In this document: one piece after another, positions 63,314 to 64,000 of the stretch
Position numbering within the stretch: position 1 is the first letter of the stretch
How the letters are laid out: every line of letters starts with the position of its first letter
Assembly: GCA_016707895.1 (NCBI GenBank)
Contig: JADJGV010000034.1
Coordinates: 629,625-693,624, forward strand
Direction of reading: 5' to 3'
Length of the DNA stretch: 64,000 nt
Source: Myxococcales bacterium
Lineage (GTDB): Bacteria > Myxococcota_A > Polyangia > Haliangiales > Haliangiaceae
Notes under the pieces: model-generated
Seen by the model: only the letters and a program-made list of their open reading frames with translations
What the model was told of the DNA's origin: nothing
Database searches by the model: none
Translations under genes and position numbers: made by a program

Positions 63314-63925
63314 TTACGGGCCCTTGCTGGCCTTCAAGGCCTCGAGATCAGCCGGGGTCGCGGTGCGCAGCCACACCAGGTAGTCGGCCATCGCACGGAT
63401 CTGGTTGGGCTCGAGGTCGTCGTCGTAGGCCGGCATGTCGTCGAGCTTGCCGAACAGGTTGGGCGCCCCGCTGTCGCGCAGCACCGCCTCGTAGTAGCGG
63501 CGCGATCCGTAGCCGGCGAGGTTGGGCCCGGTCGAGGCGTCGGTGCCGGCGCGGTTGTGGCAGTCGGCGCACGGGCCGTCGTCGAACAGCGGCTTGCCCT
63601 GCTCGACCTTGGCGGCGTCGACGTCGGTGGCGCCGGTCTCGGCGTAGAGCAGCTCGACCAGCGCGTCGAGGTCGGCGCCGGCGGCCTCGGTCTTGGGCAT
63701 CGCGTTCTCGTCGTCGACGATCTTCTTCGACGTGCCGAAGTGCTCCGGCGCCGACGGATCGAGCAGGAGCGAGCGGATGTGCGCGCGGCTGGCCAGGCCC
63801 GGCCCAATCACCGGCGCCTTGCGATCGTCGCCGTCGTGGCAGCTCGCGCACTCGCTGGCCCACAGCGTCCGCGCCACGTAGAAGCGCGGCGTCGTGAACA
63901 CCGCCAGGCCGCCTGGCGACGGCAC
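63314..63925 (-). CDS. Di-heme c-type cytochrome (possibly N-terminally incomplete near window end)
   Basis: Two CxxCH motifs (CASCH, CADCH); ORF start lies 75 nt from window end. Confidence 0.65.
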   Translation of the reverse strand: MPSPGGLAVFTTPRFYVARTLWASECASCHDGDDRKAPVIGPGLASRAHIRSLLLDPSAPEHFGTSKKIVDDENAMPKTEAAGADLDALVELLYAETGATDVDAAKVEQGKPLFDDGPCADCHNRAGTDASTGPNLAGYGSRRYYEAVLRDSGAPNLFGKLDDMPAYDDDLEPNQIRAMADYLVWLRTATPADLEALKASKGP

Positions 63926-64000
63926 GCCGTTGGTCTTGGCCAGCGCCCGCGCTCGCGCCGCCTCGCGCGCGAACCGGTGGCTGCGCCGCTGCAGCTCCTG

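Overview
This is a very GC-rich (~72%) and gene-dense chromosomal segment with about 57 protein-coding genes. I found no rRNA, tRNA, CRISPR array, transposase, integrase or phage gene.

Several features point to Myxococcota:
- a MYXO-CTERM sorting tail on a secreted S1 protease;
- a gldA/gldF/gldG-like ABC module followed by a DUF4340 gene;
- a PEGA-repeat outer-membrane protein;
- many lipoproteins with LxxC lipoboxes.

Recognisable content includes:
- envelope and stress genes: HtrA/DegP, uppP, Fe/Mn superoxide dismutase, an MscS-cNMP channel and a GH5 lipoprotein;
- a rearranged ADP-heptose biosynthesis and heptosyltransferase cluster;
- lipid and CoA metabolism: acyl-CoA desaturase, enoyl-CoA hydratase, HMG-CoA lyase and an SDR oxidoreductase;
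- an orphan Dam methylase divergent from a PA0069-type radical SAM gene;
- a STAND-type ATPase with TPR repeats and a C-terminal OmpR-type winged helix;
- an OmpR/histidine-kinase pair preceded by a His/Cys-rich CpxP/Spy/ZraP-like periplasmic protein.

The main non-genic structure is a family of conserved hairpin-containing intergenic repeats (REP-like) at three convergent or 3' gene ends. One locus carries two copies in inverted orientation.

Many of the long R/A/G/P-rich ORFs in the six-frame track are antisense or off-frame artefacts of the high GC content and were not called. Gene boundaries come from frame arithmetic on the ORF track. Several genes use GTG starts, and 4-nt start/stop overlaps (ATGA/GTGA) are frequent. 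The displayed sequence appears to have lost one base near position 1620 relative to the ORF-track numbering, so hand-counted motif positions may be off by 1.
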